Numbered from the stretch's first letter, positions 30,829 through 42,779 are shown. The stretch: DNA of 64,000 nucleotides from an uncultured Gemmatimonadales bacterium (GCA_963828735.1 CAWHFW010000005.1:1600001-1664000), one strand, 5' to 3'. Made by a program: numbers and translations. Notes: generated from the letters alone by a model not told the origin.

Positions 30829-31505
30829 TTGACAGTAAATAAGATAGAACCGGATACCAAATCCCCGCGGTGGCAACGACGCCCCGACACGCGCCGAGCG
30901 GAAATTCTCGACGGCGCCGTTTTGGCCTTCGGGCAGAACGGCTACAAACGAGCCACCCTGGCCGATGTCGCCGAGTATGCGGGCGTCTCCGCGGGAACCG
31001 TGTCGCACTACTTCGGATCCAAAGCCAGGCTGTTCGAGGAGGTCATCGCCGAGCGGCTGATGCCGTATGTCGAGGCGGAGGAAGCGAGCCTCGCGAGCCA
31101 CCGGGGCCCGATGCGCGACCTGCTCGATCAGCTGCTCCGTCGGCTTTGGGATCGGTCCTGGGAGCCGGGCATCCTGGACCTCATGCGGGTCGTGAAGGTG
31201 GAAAGCGGAGAATTCCCCGACTCGGGGCGCTTGCTTTGCCGGCAGCTCGGCGAGCGCTGGCGCTCGATCTTCAGCCAGATCCTGCGGGTGGGGATGAGGA
31301 ATGGGGAGTTTCGCTGTAGTGATGTGGACGTCGCCGCGCGCGTGATCAGCTTCGCGCTGGTCGGCGTGGCGGAGAAGGTGTCGGTGTTCCAGTCCTACGA
31401 TCCCGAGATGCCGGCACGTGAGGCGATGTGGCAGGCGGTGCGCGAGATGGTCGAACGGTTCGTGCTCGTGGATGCGTCCCGAGCCACCACACAAGGAGAC
31501 CCGGG

Positions 31506-31509
<4 letters not shown>
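30829..31509 (+). CDS. TetR/AcrR family regulator
   Basis: ILDGA...GY...TLADVAEYAGVSAGTVSHYFGSK HTH; start uncertain. Confidence 0.9.
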
Positions 31510-32626
<1,117 letters not shown>

Positions 32627-32630
<4 letters not shown>

Positions 32631-35600
32631 ACGACAGCTCTTCCAACGGGCCCCGCTATTTCTTCATTCGGCGGCCCGTGCTCGCCATCGTCATCAGCCT
32701 CATCGTCACCTTGCTCGGCGTGTTCGCGATCCGGCTCCTGCCGATCTCGCGCTACCCGCAGATCACGCCCCCGGCCGTGCAGGTCCAGGCGACGTTCCCC
32801 GGCGCCACCGCCGAGGACGTCGCCGAGGCGGTCGCGGCCCCGATCGAGGCGCAGCTCTCCGGCCTTCAGGGCCTGCTCTACTACTCGTCGGCCAACGCGA
32901 GCGACGGGACGATGAGCCTGCAGATCTACTTCGACGTGACCCGGAGCCAGGACCTGGCCGCGGTCGACGTGCAGAACGCGGTGAAGCTGGCCGAGTCCCA
33001 GCTGCCGGACGCGGTGCGGCAGAACGGGATCACGATCCTCAAGGCCAACACCGACATCCTCGGCGTCGTGGCGCTCACGTCGAGCGACCCCAGGTACGAC
33101 GCGGCGTATCTCACGAACTACATGAAGCTGAACATCGAGGACGAGATCAAGCGGACGCCCGGGATCGGCAACGCGCTGACCTTCGGCGGCCTCGAGTTCT
33201 CGATGCTGATCCAGCTCGACCCGGACCGCGATGGCGCAGCTCGGCATCACGACGAGCGACGTGGCCGCGGCCGTGCGCGAGCAGAACGTCACCAGCCCGG
33301 CCGGGCGGCTGGGGCGGGAGCCGGCGCCGGTGGGCACGGAGCTCACGCTGCCGGTCACGACGCTCGGTCGGCTCAAGACGCCCGAGCAGTTCGCCGACAT
33401 CGTGGTGCGCGCAAAGGCCGACGGATCGATCGTCCGCGTGCGCGACATCGGCAAGGTGGTGCTCGGCTCGCGCAACTACGATCTCGCCGGCCGGCTGAAC
33501 GGCAGGGCCGTGGCGCCGCTGCTGCTCTACCTCCGGCCGGGCGCCAACGCGCTGGCGGCCAAGGAGGCGGTGGTGAAGCGCATGAACGAGCTGTCGCGCA
33601 ACTTCCCGCCGGGCGTCCAGTACAAGATTCCCTTCGACACGACGCCGTTCGTGACCGCGTCGATCAAGGAAGTCGTGACCACGCTGGTCGAGGCGATGCT
33701 GCTCGTCACGCTGGTGGTCTTCATCTTCCTCCAGAGCTGGCGGGCGACGCTCATCCCGATGCTGGCGGTGCCGGTCAGCGTCATCGGCACGTTCCTCGGC
33801 CTGCTGATGCTCGGCTTCACCATCAACGTGCTGACGCTGTTCGCGCTGGTGCTGGCGATCGGCATCGTCGTGGACGACGCGATCGTCGTCATCGAGAACA
33901 CCGAGCGTCTCATGGCCAACGAGGGCCTCCCGGCTCGCGAGGCCGCCGACCTCGCGATCCGGCAGGTCGCCGGCGCGCTGGTCGCCATCGTGCTGGTGCT
34001 CTGTGCCGTATTCGTGCCGGTGGCGTTCGTCGGCGGGGTGACGGGCGAGATGTTCAAGCAGTTCGCCGTGACGCTCGTGATCGCGGTGGTCCTCTCCGGC
34101 ATCGTGGCGCTCACGCTGACGCCGGCGCTCTGCGCGATGCTCCTCAAGGAGTCCAACGAGGCGCACACCACCGGCATCTTCGGCGCGTTCAACCGGCTGT
34201 TCACGCGCGTGACCCGGGGCTATTCGCGGGGCGTCGCCGGCGTGCTCACCCGGCCCCGGCTCTGGGTCACGGCCTTCCTCCTGATGGTGACCGGCGCGTT
34301 CATGCTCTGGCGCCGCGTGCCGACGGGGTTCATCCCGACCGAGGACAAGGGCTACTTCGCGATCGCGATGCAGCTTCCCGACGCGGCATCGCTGCAGCGC
34401 ACCCAGGCCGTGATCCGACGGGTCGAGGGCTTCCTCCACGAGGAGCCGTCGGTCGTGAACGTGGTCGCGTTCGCGGGGCTCGACGTGCTGACCCGGACCA
34501 ACCAGACCAACAGCGCGACGATCTTCATCCTGCTCAAGCCGTGGGACGAACGCGGGAAGGATCAGACGATCGACGCCATCACCCGGCGGATCAACGGCAA
34601 GCTGTTCGGGATGAAGGACGCGGTCGGATTCGCGTTCAACCTGCCGGAGATCCCGGGCCTGGGCGCCACCTCCGGCGTCGAGGGCAACCTCCAGAACCGG
34701 TCCGGCAAGGACGTGCGCGACTTCGCGCTTCAGGTGCAGGCCTTCGCGGCCGCGGTCAACAAGCTGCCGGCCGTGCAGGGCATGACGACCACGTTCCGCG
34801 CGAACGTGCCGCAGGTGTACCTCGACGTCGATCGCGCGGCCGCGAAGGCGCGCGGCGTGAGCCTCACGGACCTGTTCAGCACCCTACAGACGTTCCTCAG
34901 CACGCTCTACATCAACGACTTCAACCTCTACGGGCGGACCTACCGCGTGCAGGCCGAGGCGCAGCAGCAGTTCCGGCGCACGCCGGAGGATCTCTCGCGG
35001 CTGTACGTCCGCGGGCGCGACAACGAGATGCTGCCGGCGTCCTCGCTCGTGCATACCGAGTTCCGGAGCGGCCCGACCCAGCTCCTGCGCTTCAACGGTT
35101 TCGGGAGCGCCTTCTTCACCGGGACGCCCAAGACGGGACGGAGCAGCGGCGAGGTGATGAAGGAGATCGATCAGCTCGTGGCCCAGCAGTTCGAGCCGCA
35201 GGGCGTCAGTATCGCATACTCGGGGCAGTCGTTCCAGGAGCGCGCCGCGACGGGCCAGGCCGGGCTGGTATTCGCGCTCGGCATGGTGATCGTCTTCCTC
35301 GTGCTCGCGGCGCAGTACGAGAGCTGGGCGATCCCGTTCGCCGTGTTGTTCGGCGTCCCGTTCGGGATGCTGGGCGCGCTGCTGGGCATCTGGCTCCGCG
35401 GAACGCCGAGCGACATCTACTTCCAGGTCGGCCTGATCACGGTGGTCGGGCTGGCGGCCAAGAACGCCATTCTGATCGTCGAGTTCGCCAACGAGATGCG
35501 GCACCGGGGAGTGGATCTTCGCGAGGCCGCGATCGAGGCGGCACGCGAGCGGTTCCGGCCGATTCTCATGACGTCGTTCGCGTTCATCCTCGGCGTCGCG

Positions 35601-35810
35601 CCGCTGGTGATCGCGAGCGGCGCCGGCGCGGGCAGCCGCCACTCGCTCGGCACGGGCGTCTTCGCCGGCATGCTGTTCGCCACGACGATCGGCATCTTCT
35701 TCATCCCGCTCTTCTTCCGCTTGATCGCGGGGCTGGCGGATCTGCGCAAGCGGCAGCCCGCGGGAGCGGGGGAACCGCTTCCGTCGCCGGCGTCGCCGGA
35801 GGCCCGATGA
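32627..35810 (+). CDS. RND efflux permease (AcrB/MexB-like) with a +1 frameshift near 33230
   Basis: FFIRRPV, GIVVDDAIVVIEN, KNAILIVEFA, RFRPILMTS; one extra base between DPDR and MAQLGI. Confidence 0.9.
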
Positions 35811-37297
35811 CGCGGTCTCTGCACGCGTTGGCGCTCGCTGTCCTCGCGGCCGGCTGCGCCGTCGGGCCCAGCTATCACCCGGAGGAGGCCGTTCCGCCCG
35901 CGACCAAAGTGGGAACGGCTCGCTCGAGCGACAGCACGGCCACCTTCTTCGATTCGCTGGCGGCGGCCCGGGCGGGTGACAGCGTCGCGGCGACGCCGCC
36001 GGTGCCGGCTCGGACCCTGACGCCGGACACGCTGGCGAGCCTCGCCTGGCTCGACCTGTTCCGGGACTCCACGATGATCGGCCTGGTGCGCACCGCGCTG
36101 GCGCAGAACCGCGATCTGCAGACCGCCGTGGCGAGGATCCGCGAGTTCCGCGCGGAAGTGGGCATCGCCCGCTCGCCGCTCTTCCCGGAGCTGAGCGCGA
36201 ACGGCAGCGTGAGCACCAACCAGGTCGCGGTGGGCGCGTTCCCGCCGACCTCGTACGACGCCTATCGCGTCACCGGCGACGTGGCCTGGGAGCTCGATTT
36301 CTGGGGCAAGACCCGCCGCGGCATCCAGGCGGCCAGCGCCGATCTCGCCTCGGAGCAGGAGGCGCAACGCGCGGTGGTGCTGTCGCTCGTGAGCGACGTG
36401 GCCACCGGCTACCTGTCGCTGCTCGAGCTCGACCAGGAGCGCACCATCGCCGAGCGGACGCTGGCCTCGCGTCAGGCGACGCTGGCCCTCGCGCGGCAAC
36501 GGTTCGAACAGGGACTGACGTCCGAGCTCGACGTGCGCCAGTTCGAGGCGCAGGTGGCGGTGCCGGCGGCGACCCTCGCGCAGACCGAGCGCCTTCGCGC
36601 CCAGCAGGAGCATGACCTCAGCCTGTTGCTGGGGGAGGCGCCGATGACGGTGGCCCGCGGCGGCACGCTGGTCGAGGCCGTGAGCGCGGTGACGGTGCCC
36701 GACTCGCTCCCGGGGTCCCTGGTGGCGCGGCGACCCGACGTGGCCGCGGCGGAGCGCGCCTACGCGGCGGCGACCGCGCGAATCGGCGTCGCGCGAGCCG
36801 CCCAGTTCCCTACGATCTCGGTCAGCGGGTACTACGGCTCGCAGGCGCCGAGCGCCGATGCGTTCCTCGGCGCGAGATCCGAGATCTATCAGGCGCTGGC
36901 CGGCGTCTCCTTCCCGCTCTTCACGGGCGGCCGGCTGGTCAACCAGACCCGCGCCGCCGAGGCGCGGGCCGAGCAGGCGCGAGCCCAGTACGAGCAGAGC
37001 GTGCTCGTGGCGCTCCGCGAGGCGAGCGACGCCTTGGTCGGCGTGCGCACCGCCCGTGATCAGGTGGCCGCGCAGGCCACCCAGGCCCAGGCCCTGCGCC
37101 GCGCACTGCAGCTCGCGGACCTGCGCTACCGGACGGGCATCGCGAGCTATCTGGAGGTGCTCGATGCGCAACGCGGGCTGTTCGATGCCGAGCTCGCCTT
37201 GAGCCAGGCCCAGCTCCTTCAGCTGTCGGCGGCGGTGGAGCTGTATCGGGCGCTCGGTGGGAGCTGGTCGGTGGAGGGGACGAGCGGACAGCGCTGA
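35807..37297 (+). CDS. RND outer membrane factor lipoprotein (OprM/NodT-like)
   Basis: LAAGCAVGP, WELDFWG, RRPDV, LYRALGG. Confidence 0.95.
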   Translation: MTRSLHALALAVLAAGCAVGPSYHPEEAVPPATKVGTARSSDSTATFFDSLAAARAGDSVAATPPVPARTLTPDTLASLAWLDLFRDSTMIGLVRTALAQNRDLQTAVARIREFRAEVGIARSPLFPELSANGSVSTNQVAVGAFPPTSYDAYRVTGDVAWELDFWGKTRRGIQAASADLASEQEAQRAVVLSLVSDVATGYLSLLELDQERTIAERTLASRQATLALARQRFEQGLTSELDVRQFEAQVAVPAATLAQTERLRAQQEHDLSLLLGEAPMTVARGGTLVEAVSAVTVPDSLPGSLVARRPDVAAAERAYAAATARIGVARAAQFPTISVSGYYGSQAPSADAFLGARSEIYQALAGVSFPLFTGGRLVNQTRAAEARAEQARAQYEQSVLVALREASDALVGVRTARDQVAAQATQAQALRRALQLADLRYRTGIASYLEVLDAQRGLFDAELALSQAQLLQLSAAVELYRALGGSWSVEGTSGQR

Positions 37298-37317
37298 GGT
37301 CGAGCCGTTTGCTCGAT

Positions 37318-37743
37318 CTAGAGCTCGACGGTCACGCTCCGACAGACCAGCTGATCGTCCTGACACACGCTGACGTGGAGGGTCCCGTGGACGTCCTCGT
37401 GCCTCCCCGGCAGCACGGCGGACGGCGGCTCCGCGAAGTAGGCCGAGTCGGAGGTCAGGCGACCGCTCGCGAACCTCAGCACGGTTCCGCCGGTCGTCTC
37501 GAGGGCCGGGGCCAGGCGAGCGTTGAGCTTGAGATGCGGTCCGGCGTGCAGCGTCACCCGCGTGTCGGGTCCGTCGGGCGCCGTGGTGAGATGGAGCGTG
37601 GCCCCGGCGGGTGTCGGCGCGCGGCAGCCGAGCGCCGCTCCCGCCATCAGGAGCAGGAACATCGCCTTGCATGACCCGGAAAAGGCGGGAGCCGCGGGTC
37701 GCGCCGGCCATATCGAAGCGATGCGCACCGTCGATATGCTCAC
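37318..37743 (-). CDS. Hypothetical lipoprotein
   Basis: ALGC lipobox, Cys pair; start uncertain. Confidence 0.55.
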   Translation of the reverse strand: MSISTVRIASIWPARPAAPAFSGSCKAMFLLLMAGAALGCRAPTPAGATLHLTTAPDGPDTRVTLHAGPHLKLNARLAPALETTGGTVLRFASGRLTSDSAYFAEPPSAVLPGRHEDVHGTLHVSVCQDDQLVCRSVTVEL

Positions 37744-37747
37744 GTAG

Positions 37748-38335
37748 TCACTCCGCCAGCAGCTTCCGGATCCGCTCGTCCCACGTGCGGTAGGTCCCGT
37801 CGTTCAGGTGGAACTCCCCGTATCCCTCGTACCTGATGTTCCCGCGCTTGTCGATCAGCACGAAGCTGGGCCAGTAGCGAATGTTGTAGAGGTCCCAGGT
37901 CTTCGAGTCGTTGTCCTGCGCGTTGGGGTATTCGATGCCGTACTTCCGGAGGGCGCGCTCCACGTTCCCCTTGTCGTGCTCCCCGGCGTATGGCGGGAAC
38001 TCGGGTGTGTGCACGCCGATCACGGTGAGTCCCTGGTCGCGGTACCTCTTGTCGAAGTCTACCAGCGAGGGCACGGTGTTGGTGCAGTTCCAGCAGGTGA
38101 AGACCCAGAAGTTGAGCAGGACCACCCGGCCCTTGAGCTCGGACAGGGTCAGCGGGTGATCGCTATTGAGCCAGCTCGTGTTGCTCCAGGCCGGGGCTGG
38201 GGCGGACATGCGGGACGGCTCGTTGAGCAGCGGAACGCGCGCCTGCGCCTGCGCCCGACTGGCCGACTCGAGAGCGGCGCCACCGGCCGCGGCGGCGGCC
38301 AGGGACAGGAAGAAATGCAGGGTTGGGCGGGACAT
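37748..38335 (-). CDS. Redoxin (DipZ/TlpA-like thioredoxin fold)
   Basis: NFWVFTCWNC, GVHTPEF, RYWP. Confidence 0.9.
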   Translation of the reverse strand: MSRPTLHFFLSLAAAAAGGAALESASRAQAQARVPLLNEPSRMSAPAPAWSNTSWLNSDHPLTLSELKGRVVLLNFWVFTCWNCTNTVPSLVDFDKRYRDQGLTVIGVHTPEFPPYAGEHDKGNVERALRKYGIEYPNAQDNDSKTWDLYNIRYWPSFVLIDKRGNIRYEGYGEFHLNDGTYRTWDERIRKLLAE

Positions 38336-38401
38336 GTAGCGACTCCGGAAGTGGACATCCGGGGAACGTCACCACGGGCCGAACGGTTTCCTCCGGCTCC
38401 C

Positions 38402-38430
38402 TTGGCGGGTCCCGGGCCCCTTTCTATATT
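38402..38430 (+). promoter_or_regulatory. tRNA promoter
   Basis: TTGGCG-17 bp-TATATT just upstream of the tRNA. Confidence 0.55.
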
Positions 38431-38441
38431 CCCACCCCCAC

Positions 38442-38514
<73 letters not shown>

Positions 38515-38556
38515 CTCCCCGTAAGCACTTATTACGACATGGTTTGTTATTATGCA

Positions 38557-38590
38557 GGCCACCTAAATGTGGGTGGCCGTTCTTGTTTTG
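38557..38590 (+). terminator. Intrinsic terminator after tRNA-Phe
   Basis: GGCCACC-N8-GGTGGCC followed by GTTCTTGTTTT. Confidence 0.7.
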
Positions 38591-38611
38591 GTACCTGAAA
38601 CGTACCTGAAA
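38591..38611 (+). repeat. Tandem direct repeat, integrase arm-site-like
   Basis: GTACCTGAAA C GTACCTGAAA. Confidence 0.65.
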
Positions 38612-38795
38612 TTCCTTCACCCCGAACGAATTTCTCCCGAACGCATCCGGAGAGCCTGTGCTGATTTCGGATATCAATTGGGGTGGCGCGCCGCTCCGCT
38701 CGCTCCCGACCTCCTTGTGAGGCTGTGGACCATAGGGTTTCACAAGGTCGTTTGCAGCTGATTAGCAATTCCTTAGGCTGACAACGAGCATCGCG

Positions 38796-39053
38796 ATGAA
38801 TCGTTTCGGCATTCCTGCGAACATAGAGCAGAGGATAAGGTCACGAGACACGCGCTGCGTGTACTGTAGCAAGCAATTCTCCTGCGCTTCACGTAAGGAC
38901 ATGCCGACCATCGAGCATCTGCACGAGAAACGGCCCTTCTATTGGGCGGAAGGCTTGAAGGAGGAGGGTCTGGCCATTTGCTGCGGTAGCTGCAACGGAG
39001 CCGGTGAGAAGATACCTCCGATCCGCAAGGTGAGCGCTCGAAGTCACGGATGA
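38796..39053 (+). pseudogene. HNH endonuclease-like ORF, probably truncated
   Basis: CVYC...TIEHL...CCGSCN, after which similarity is lost. Confidence 0.6.
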
Positions 39054-39389
39054 CCATCAAGGCGAAACAATCTCGCGAGCATTGTGATTTTTTTCTGAAG
39101 GCACCATCTCGACCGATTTTTCTCCCCAAGCATCCTCGCGACCCCTGGCCACGCCTTTGCTCGGGCCACCAACTCGCACGCACCGAAATCCGTTTACTAC
39201 GCTCGCGCCTCGGTGTCAGCCAGCTCGCCCGCGAGGACGCACGGGTTCCGGTCAAGCACCGGGACTACAGCACGGAGCACGCCATTCTGGTCACGAGACG
39301 ACACGGTTTGTGAAGCAGCCGAATATTATTGAGCAGAAGGCTTATAGGGTTACCTGGGGGTGATAGGCGAAGGGGGGACAAAGAAGACA

Positions 39390-40007
39390 ATGAAAACATC
39401 ACTTCAGGCAAGCAAGAGCGTACTGTCGCTCATTGACCACCAGTCAAATCTGTTCAATGGAATTATGTCGCATAAGCCGGCATATATAAAAAACAATGTG
39501 CTGGCATTGGCAAAAGGTGCATCGATATTGGGAATTCCGGTTGTACTGACCGTGATAAGTCCACAAACTAATGGACCGATGATTTCTGAAATCACTGAAA
39601 TGTTTCCTGATGTTTCCGTAATAGTCCGCAAACATCCTTCATTCAATGCTTTTGACGAGCCGGAATTTGTTCAGGCAATAAGAAATACGGGACGAGAACA
39701 ACTCGTACTTACCGGTCTGTGGACCAGCATGTGTATGTCGTTCAGCGCACAGCAAGCTTTGCAGGAAGGTTTCGAAGTCTTCGGAGTGATGGATACTTCC
39801 GGTTCCGAATCGTTGGATGCATACAATATGGCTGTGCAACGTATGACTGGTGCAGGAGTAATACCTTGCACGTGGATGCAAACTGTTTCTGAATGGATGG
39901 ATAACTGGCTAAACCCTAAGGCTGGCGACATGTTCACTCAAGTGTACTGTCCGTACAGCAAAGGCAATCCGTTTTTTGACCAAGATATGCCTGAAGGCAC
40001 CAATTAG
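39390..40007 (+). CDS. Isochorismatase/YcaC-like cysteine hydrolase, AT-rich
   Basis: LIDHQ, FNAF, TGLWTSMC; many A/T-ending codons. Confidence 0.88.
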   Translation: MKTSLQASKSVLSLIDHQSNLFNGIMSHKPAYIKNNVLALAKGASILGIPVVLTVISPQTNGPMISEITEMFPDVSVIVRKHPSFNAFDEPEFVQAIRNTGREQLVLTGLWTSMCMSFSAQQALQEGFEVFGVMDTSGSESLDAYNMAVQRMTGAGVIPCTWMQTVSEWMDNWLNPKAGDMFTQVYCPYSKGNPFFDQDMPEGTN

Positions 40008-40217
40008 AGATCACATTGCGGGTCGCTGGGCACCCCTTGTCGGGGGATGTTGGGTAGCGGTAGGAACTTTCAGTACCTGTGTAGTACCTGAACTCCGTGG
40101 TATTGAAGGGTTCTCGGTGATGCTCGATGCTCGATGCTCCCATGGGCCTGTCGTAACTCATGGCTGGGCGGCCGCTAATCGTTCTGGACAGAGCTGGAGG
40201 AATCGACCGATGACGCC

Positions 40218-40258
40218 CTGAAATCCGCGTGTCGGGGGTTCGATTCCCTCTCTGGCCA
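40218..40258 (+). repeat. tRNA-Phe 3' fragment (att copy 1)
   Basis: Matches 38473-38514 except for one missing A. Confidence 0.95.
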
Positions 40259-40374
40259 CTCCGCAAAATCAACGGATTAGTAACTGCGGCAACGAGTTTG
40301 GGATTTTCCCGCTTGTGCCTCTGTGGTTCCCTGATTTCCTGTCTTTCCCTGAGTTTTGGGCCCTTGCACGACGT

Positions 40375-40580
40375 TGCTCTGCGGAAATCGACCCGAACGC
40401 TATTGCAGCCCTGAGGGAGCACTTTCCTGGCATTCCGATGGCGGAAGACATCACTCGGCTGAAGCGGTTGCCTGTGGGGACCTCTTTGGTTGCTGGGGGA
40501 TTCCCATGTCAGGATTGTCACAAGCTGGTCGTACAGCGGGCATCCACGGGAAGAACTCGGGCCTGGTCAATCACGTGTAG
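40375..40580 (+). pseudogene. DNA cytosine-5 methyltransferase fragment
   Basis: AEID...DIT...GGFPCQD, then frameshifted LSQAG...G...SGL; motif I and the C-terminus are missing. Confidence 0.8.
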
Positions 40581-40747
40581 GAAGGGGCCGTATTGATCAC
40601 ACAGGGGTGAAGACCGCGACAAGTTACGTCGCCGAGATACTTCCATCCGAGGTAGCTGGTCCAGCGTGATGCGCGCCCGGTGCACGGCCGAAGCAGTAGT
40701 CGGGCGCGAAGCCGGAACGCCACGCGCCCGGTACTGCCGTACTCGGT

Positions 40748-41179
40748 CTACTCTTCTCCCATCGCCTTTTCTCCCATCGCCCGCTCGACCGCGCGAGCTA
40801 GAATGGCTTGCCGGACCGCGCGCTTCACAAGGGCCCTCTTCAGCGCACGCTTCTTCACCGCGCGCTTCGCGACCGCCCGCTTCAGCGCACGCTTCTTCAC
40901 CGCGCGCTTCGCGACCGCCCGCTTCAGCGCACGCTTCTTCACCGCGCGCTTCGCGACCGCCCGCTTCAGCGCACGCTTCTTCACCGCGCGCTTCGCGACC
41001 GCCCGCTTCAGCGCACGCTTCTTCACCGCGCGCTTCGCGACCGCCCGCTTCAGCGCACGCTTCTTCACCGCGCGCTTCGCGACTGCCCGCTTCAGCGCAC
41101 GCTTCTTCACCGCGCGCTTCGCGACTGCCCGCTTCACTTTCCGCCTCGCTGCCGCTTTCTTGATTGCTTTGGGTGGCAC
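40748..41179 (-). CDS. Lys/Arg/Ala-rich histone H1-like repeat protein
   Basis: AAGGAGG RBS before GTG; seven copies of KRAVAKRAVKKRAL. Confidence 0.7.
   Translation of the reverse strand: MPPKAIKKAAARRKVKRAVAKRAVKKRALKRAVAKRAVKKRALKRAVAKRAVKKRALKRAVAKRAVKKRALKRAVAKRAVKKRALKRAVAKRAVKKRALKRAVAKRAVKKRALKRALVKRAVRQAILARAVERAMGEKAMGEE
40839..41132. repeat. 42-bp coding tandem repeat, 7 copies
   Basis: Unit TTCAGCGCACGCTTCTTCACCGCGCGCTTCGCGACCGCCCGC; the last two copies have one C>T change. Confidence 0.97.
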
Positions 41180-41382
41180 TTTTCCCTCCTTCTGACTGCC
41201 CGAGGACCGCGGGAACGCCCGCGCGCGACGCTGCCACCCACGATGGGGATGGACAGCCTGGCCCAATACTAGTTTGAGCACCGGATTACTGAACAGTGGA
41301 CTCTAGTGCAGGCTGCGGTGCTGCAGTGCGGGAGCCAGGGAAGACGAAGGGCACGAACGCTGCGATCGAGCGGTTAGGTACT

Positions 41383-42243
41383 CTAAAGACATCGGGCCTG
41401 GCCATCATAGCTGGGCCCCATGTCTCTCACGATGAGGTGAGTGCGGTCGCTTCGATCTACGCGAAATCCTCTGGAGCAGGCGGTCGGAAGATCAGATCGA
41501 AGGCCAGGAAGAGATCCTTGGAGAAGGGGTAGAAAAGCACCGGCGCAACCACCATCATTGCCATACCCCCATACAGAAGTAGTCCCCATGGGGGCGCAGG
41601 CCATCGGTATATGAGAATGCCCACGAAGATTGCTCCGAAGAACAGCTCCGCCGCCACAATGTTGAGCATATAGGCCCCGACCTGATAGCCCTCCTCGCCC
41701 CGCTCCAGGCGCATTCGACAGATCGGGCAGCGGGACCTGCATCTGGAGCCAATTCTTGAAGAGTGGCCCGCCCCCACAGTTCGGGCAGCGAAGCCGCGCT
41801 GCCCGCCAGAGCAGAGAGATTGGACGCGCCCAGGAGGTTTCTTGCCCGGAGGCCGTCAGCGGGGTCTCGGAACCCTTCGGGGGCCCACCTCGGGGCCGGA
41901 TGTGCTTCCTTGGTGAGTGCTGCGCGGGGGCTACCGATCCAACTCTCGTTCCCCATTTGGCTTCGAGTTGTCGGGCGAGATCCAACGGAACCGGCACCGC
42001 CAATACGCGCTCGGTTTGGGAGAGCTGGCTCTGCGGCGTGGGGTGTGGGGAATCCTCTCGATCCTCTACGGCAGCTTCGAGCCACCCGGAGAGTGCGTCC
42101 TGCGCGATGGCTAAGACATCCTCCCCGGGCTCGACGAACGTACGGCAGCCGGGACAGTCGGGAAAGCTGATAAGGGTGTAGGTGCCTTCTGTGGTGAGAA
42201 TCGCCGGGTAACTCACCGACGCCTCAGTCTCGAGCGGCTTCAT
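41383..42243 (-). CDS. HicB-like antitoxin domain reading in frame into the DUF983 N-terminus
   Basis: AAGGAG RBS; YPAIL...SFPDCPGC.T...AQDAL..WL. Confidence 0.65.
   Translation of the reverse strand: MKPLETEASVSYPAILTTEGTYTLISFPDCPGCRTFVEPGEDVLAIAQDALSGWLEAAVEDREDSPHPTPQSQLSQTERVLAVPVPLDLARQLEAKWGTRVGSVAPAQHSPRKHIRPRGGPPKGSETPLTASGQETSWARPISLLWRAARLRCPNCGGGPLFKNWLQMQVPLPDLSNAPGAGRGGLSGRGLYAQHCGGGAVLRSNLRGHSHIPMACAPMGTTSVWGYGNDGGCAGAFLPLLQGSLPGLRSDLPTACSRGFRVDRSDRTHLIVRDMGPSYDGQARCL
41457..41830 (-). pseudogene. DUF983-like membrane protein, frameshifted near 41738
   Basis: RCPNCGGGPLF..WL.M / RCPIC..RLER.EEGY, two TM helices, FYPFSK. Confidence 0.7.
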
Positions 42244-42603
42244 CACGTTCTCCTTTGGTCCGGCGAGGGGGTTTGATGGCCAGAGGTATCACCCAAGGGG
42301 TTTCCACGAGCTTCCGAGAGACCGCCGGGAGCGCCGTGCTTGAGCTGCCATGGTCTTCCGAGAGGCCTCGAGTTGAAGGTACGTGGCGCTGCGGCGGATT
42401 ACAGAGAGGAGGGTCAGGGCGATTCGTGCAACCTTGGACGCGGCAGCTGATTCGCATTCGTTAGGCACAAGTAAGGCGACCCGGGTCCGCCGAATGACGA
42501 TGATCTGCCGGTTGCTTGCGTGGGATAACACAGGGATAGCATCTGGGATGCCCGCGTCGACATCTCCGGATGCGCCGACGACTTCCGGCGGCGGACACTC
42601 GCG

Positions 42604-42645
42604 CTGAAAATCCGCGTGTCGGGGGTTCGATTCCCTCTCTGGCCA
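42604..42645 (+). repeat. tRNA-Phe 3' fragment (att copy 2)
   Basis: 42/42 identical to 38473-38514. Confidence 0.97.
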
Positions 42646-42779
42646 TTCTAAGTAAATCCCTCGCACCCAACCGCTTGCCCAAACTAGTGCTCCCCCGATA
42701 AGCGAAGGTTGCGACGTGGCTTACTAGCGTTCCCACGGCGCGGCAGGCACATTGCAGAACACCCCTACCTGGCCGTTCC

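Noticed and set aside
40119..40139. GATGCTC x3 microsatellite as a phase-variation switch
   Set aside because: It is short, non-coding and not in an evident promoter. It is probably part of the module-end sequence.
40839..41132. CRISPR array
   Set aside because: The units are contiguous with no unique spacers, the length is a multiple of three, they encode a peptide repeat, and there are no cas genes.
40680..41195. Plus-strand ORF with FTARFATARFSARF repeats
   Set aside because: It is the antisense shadow of the repeat. The minus-strand K/R/A frame has the RBS and a recognisable composition.
42289..42607. Integrase remnant before att copy 2
   Set aside because: I could not recognise an HxxR or catalytic Tyr motif by eye. 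A profile search would be needed to exclude it.
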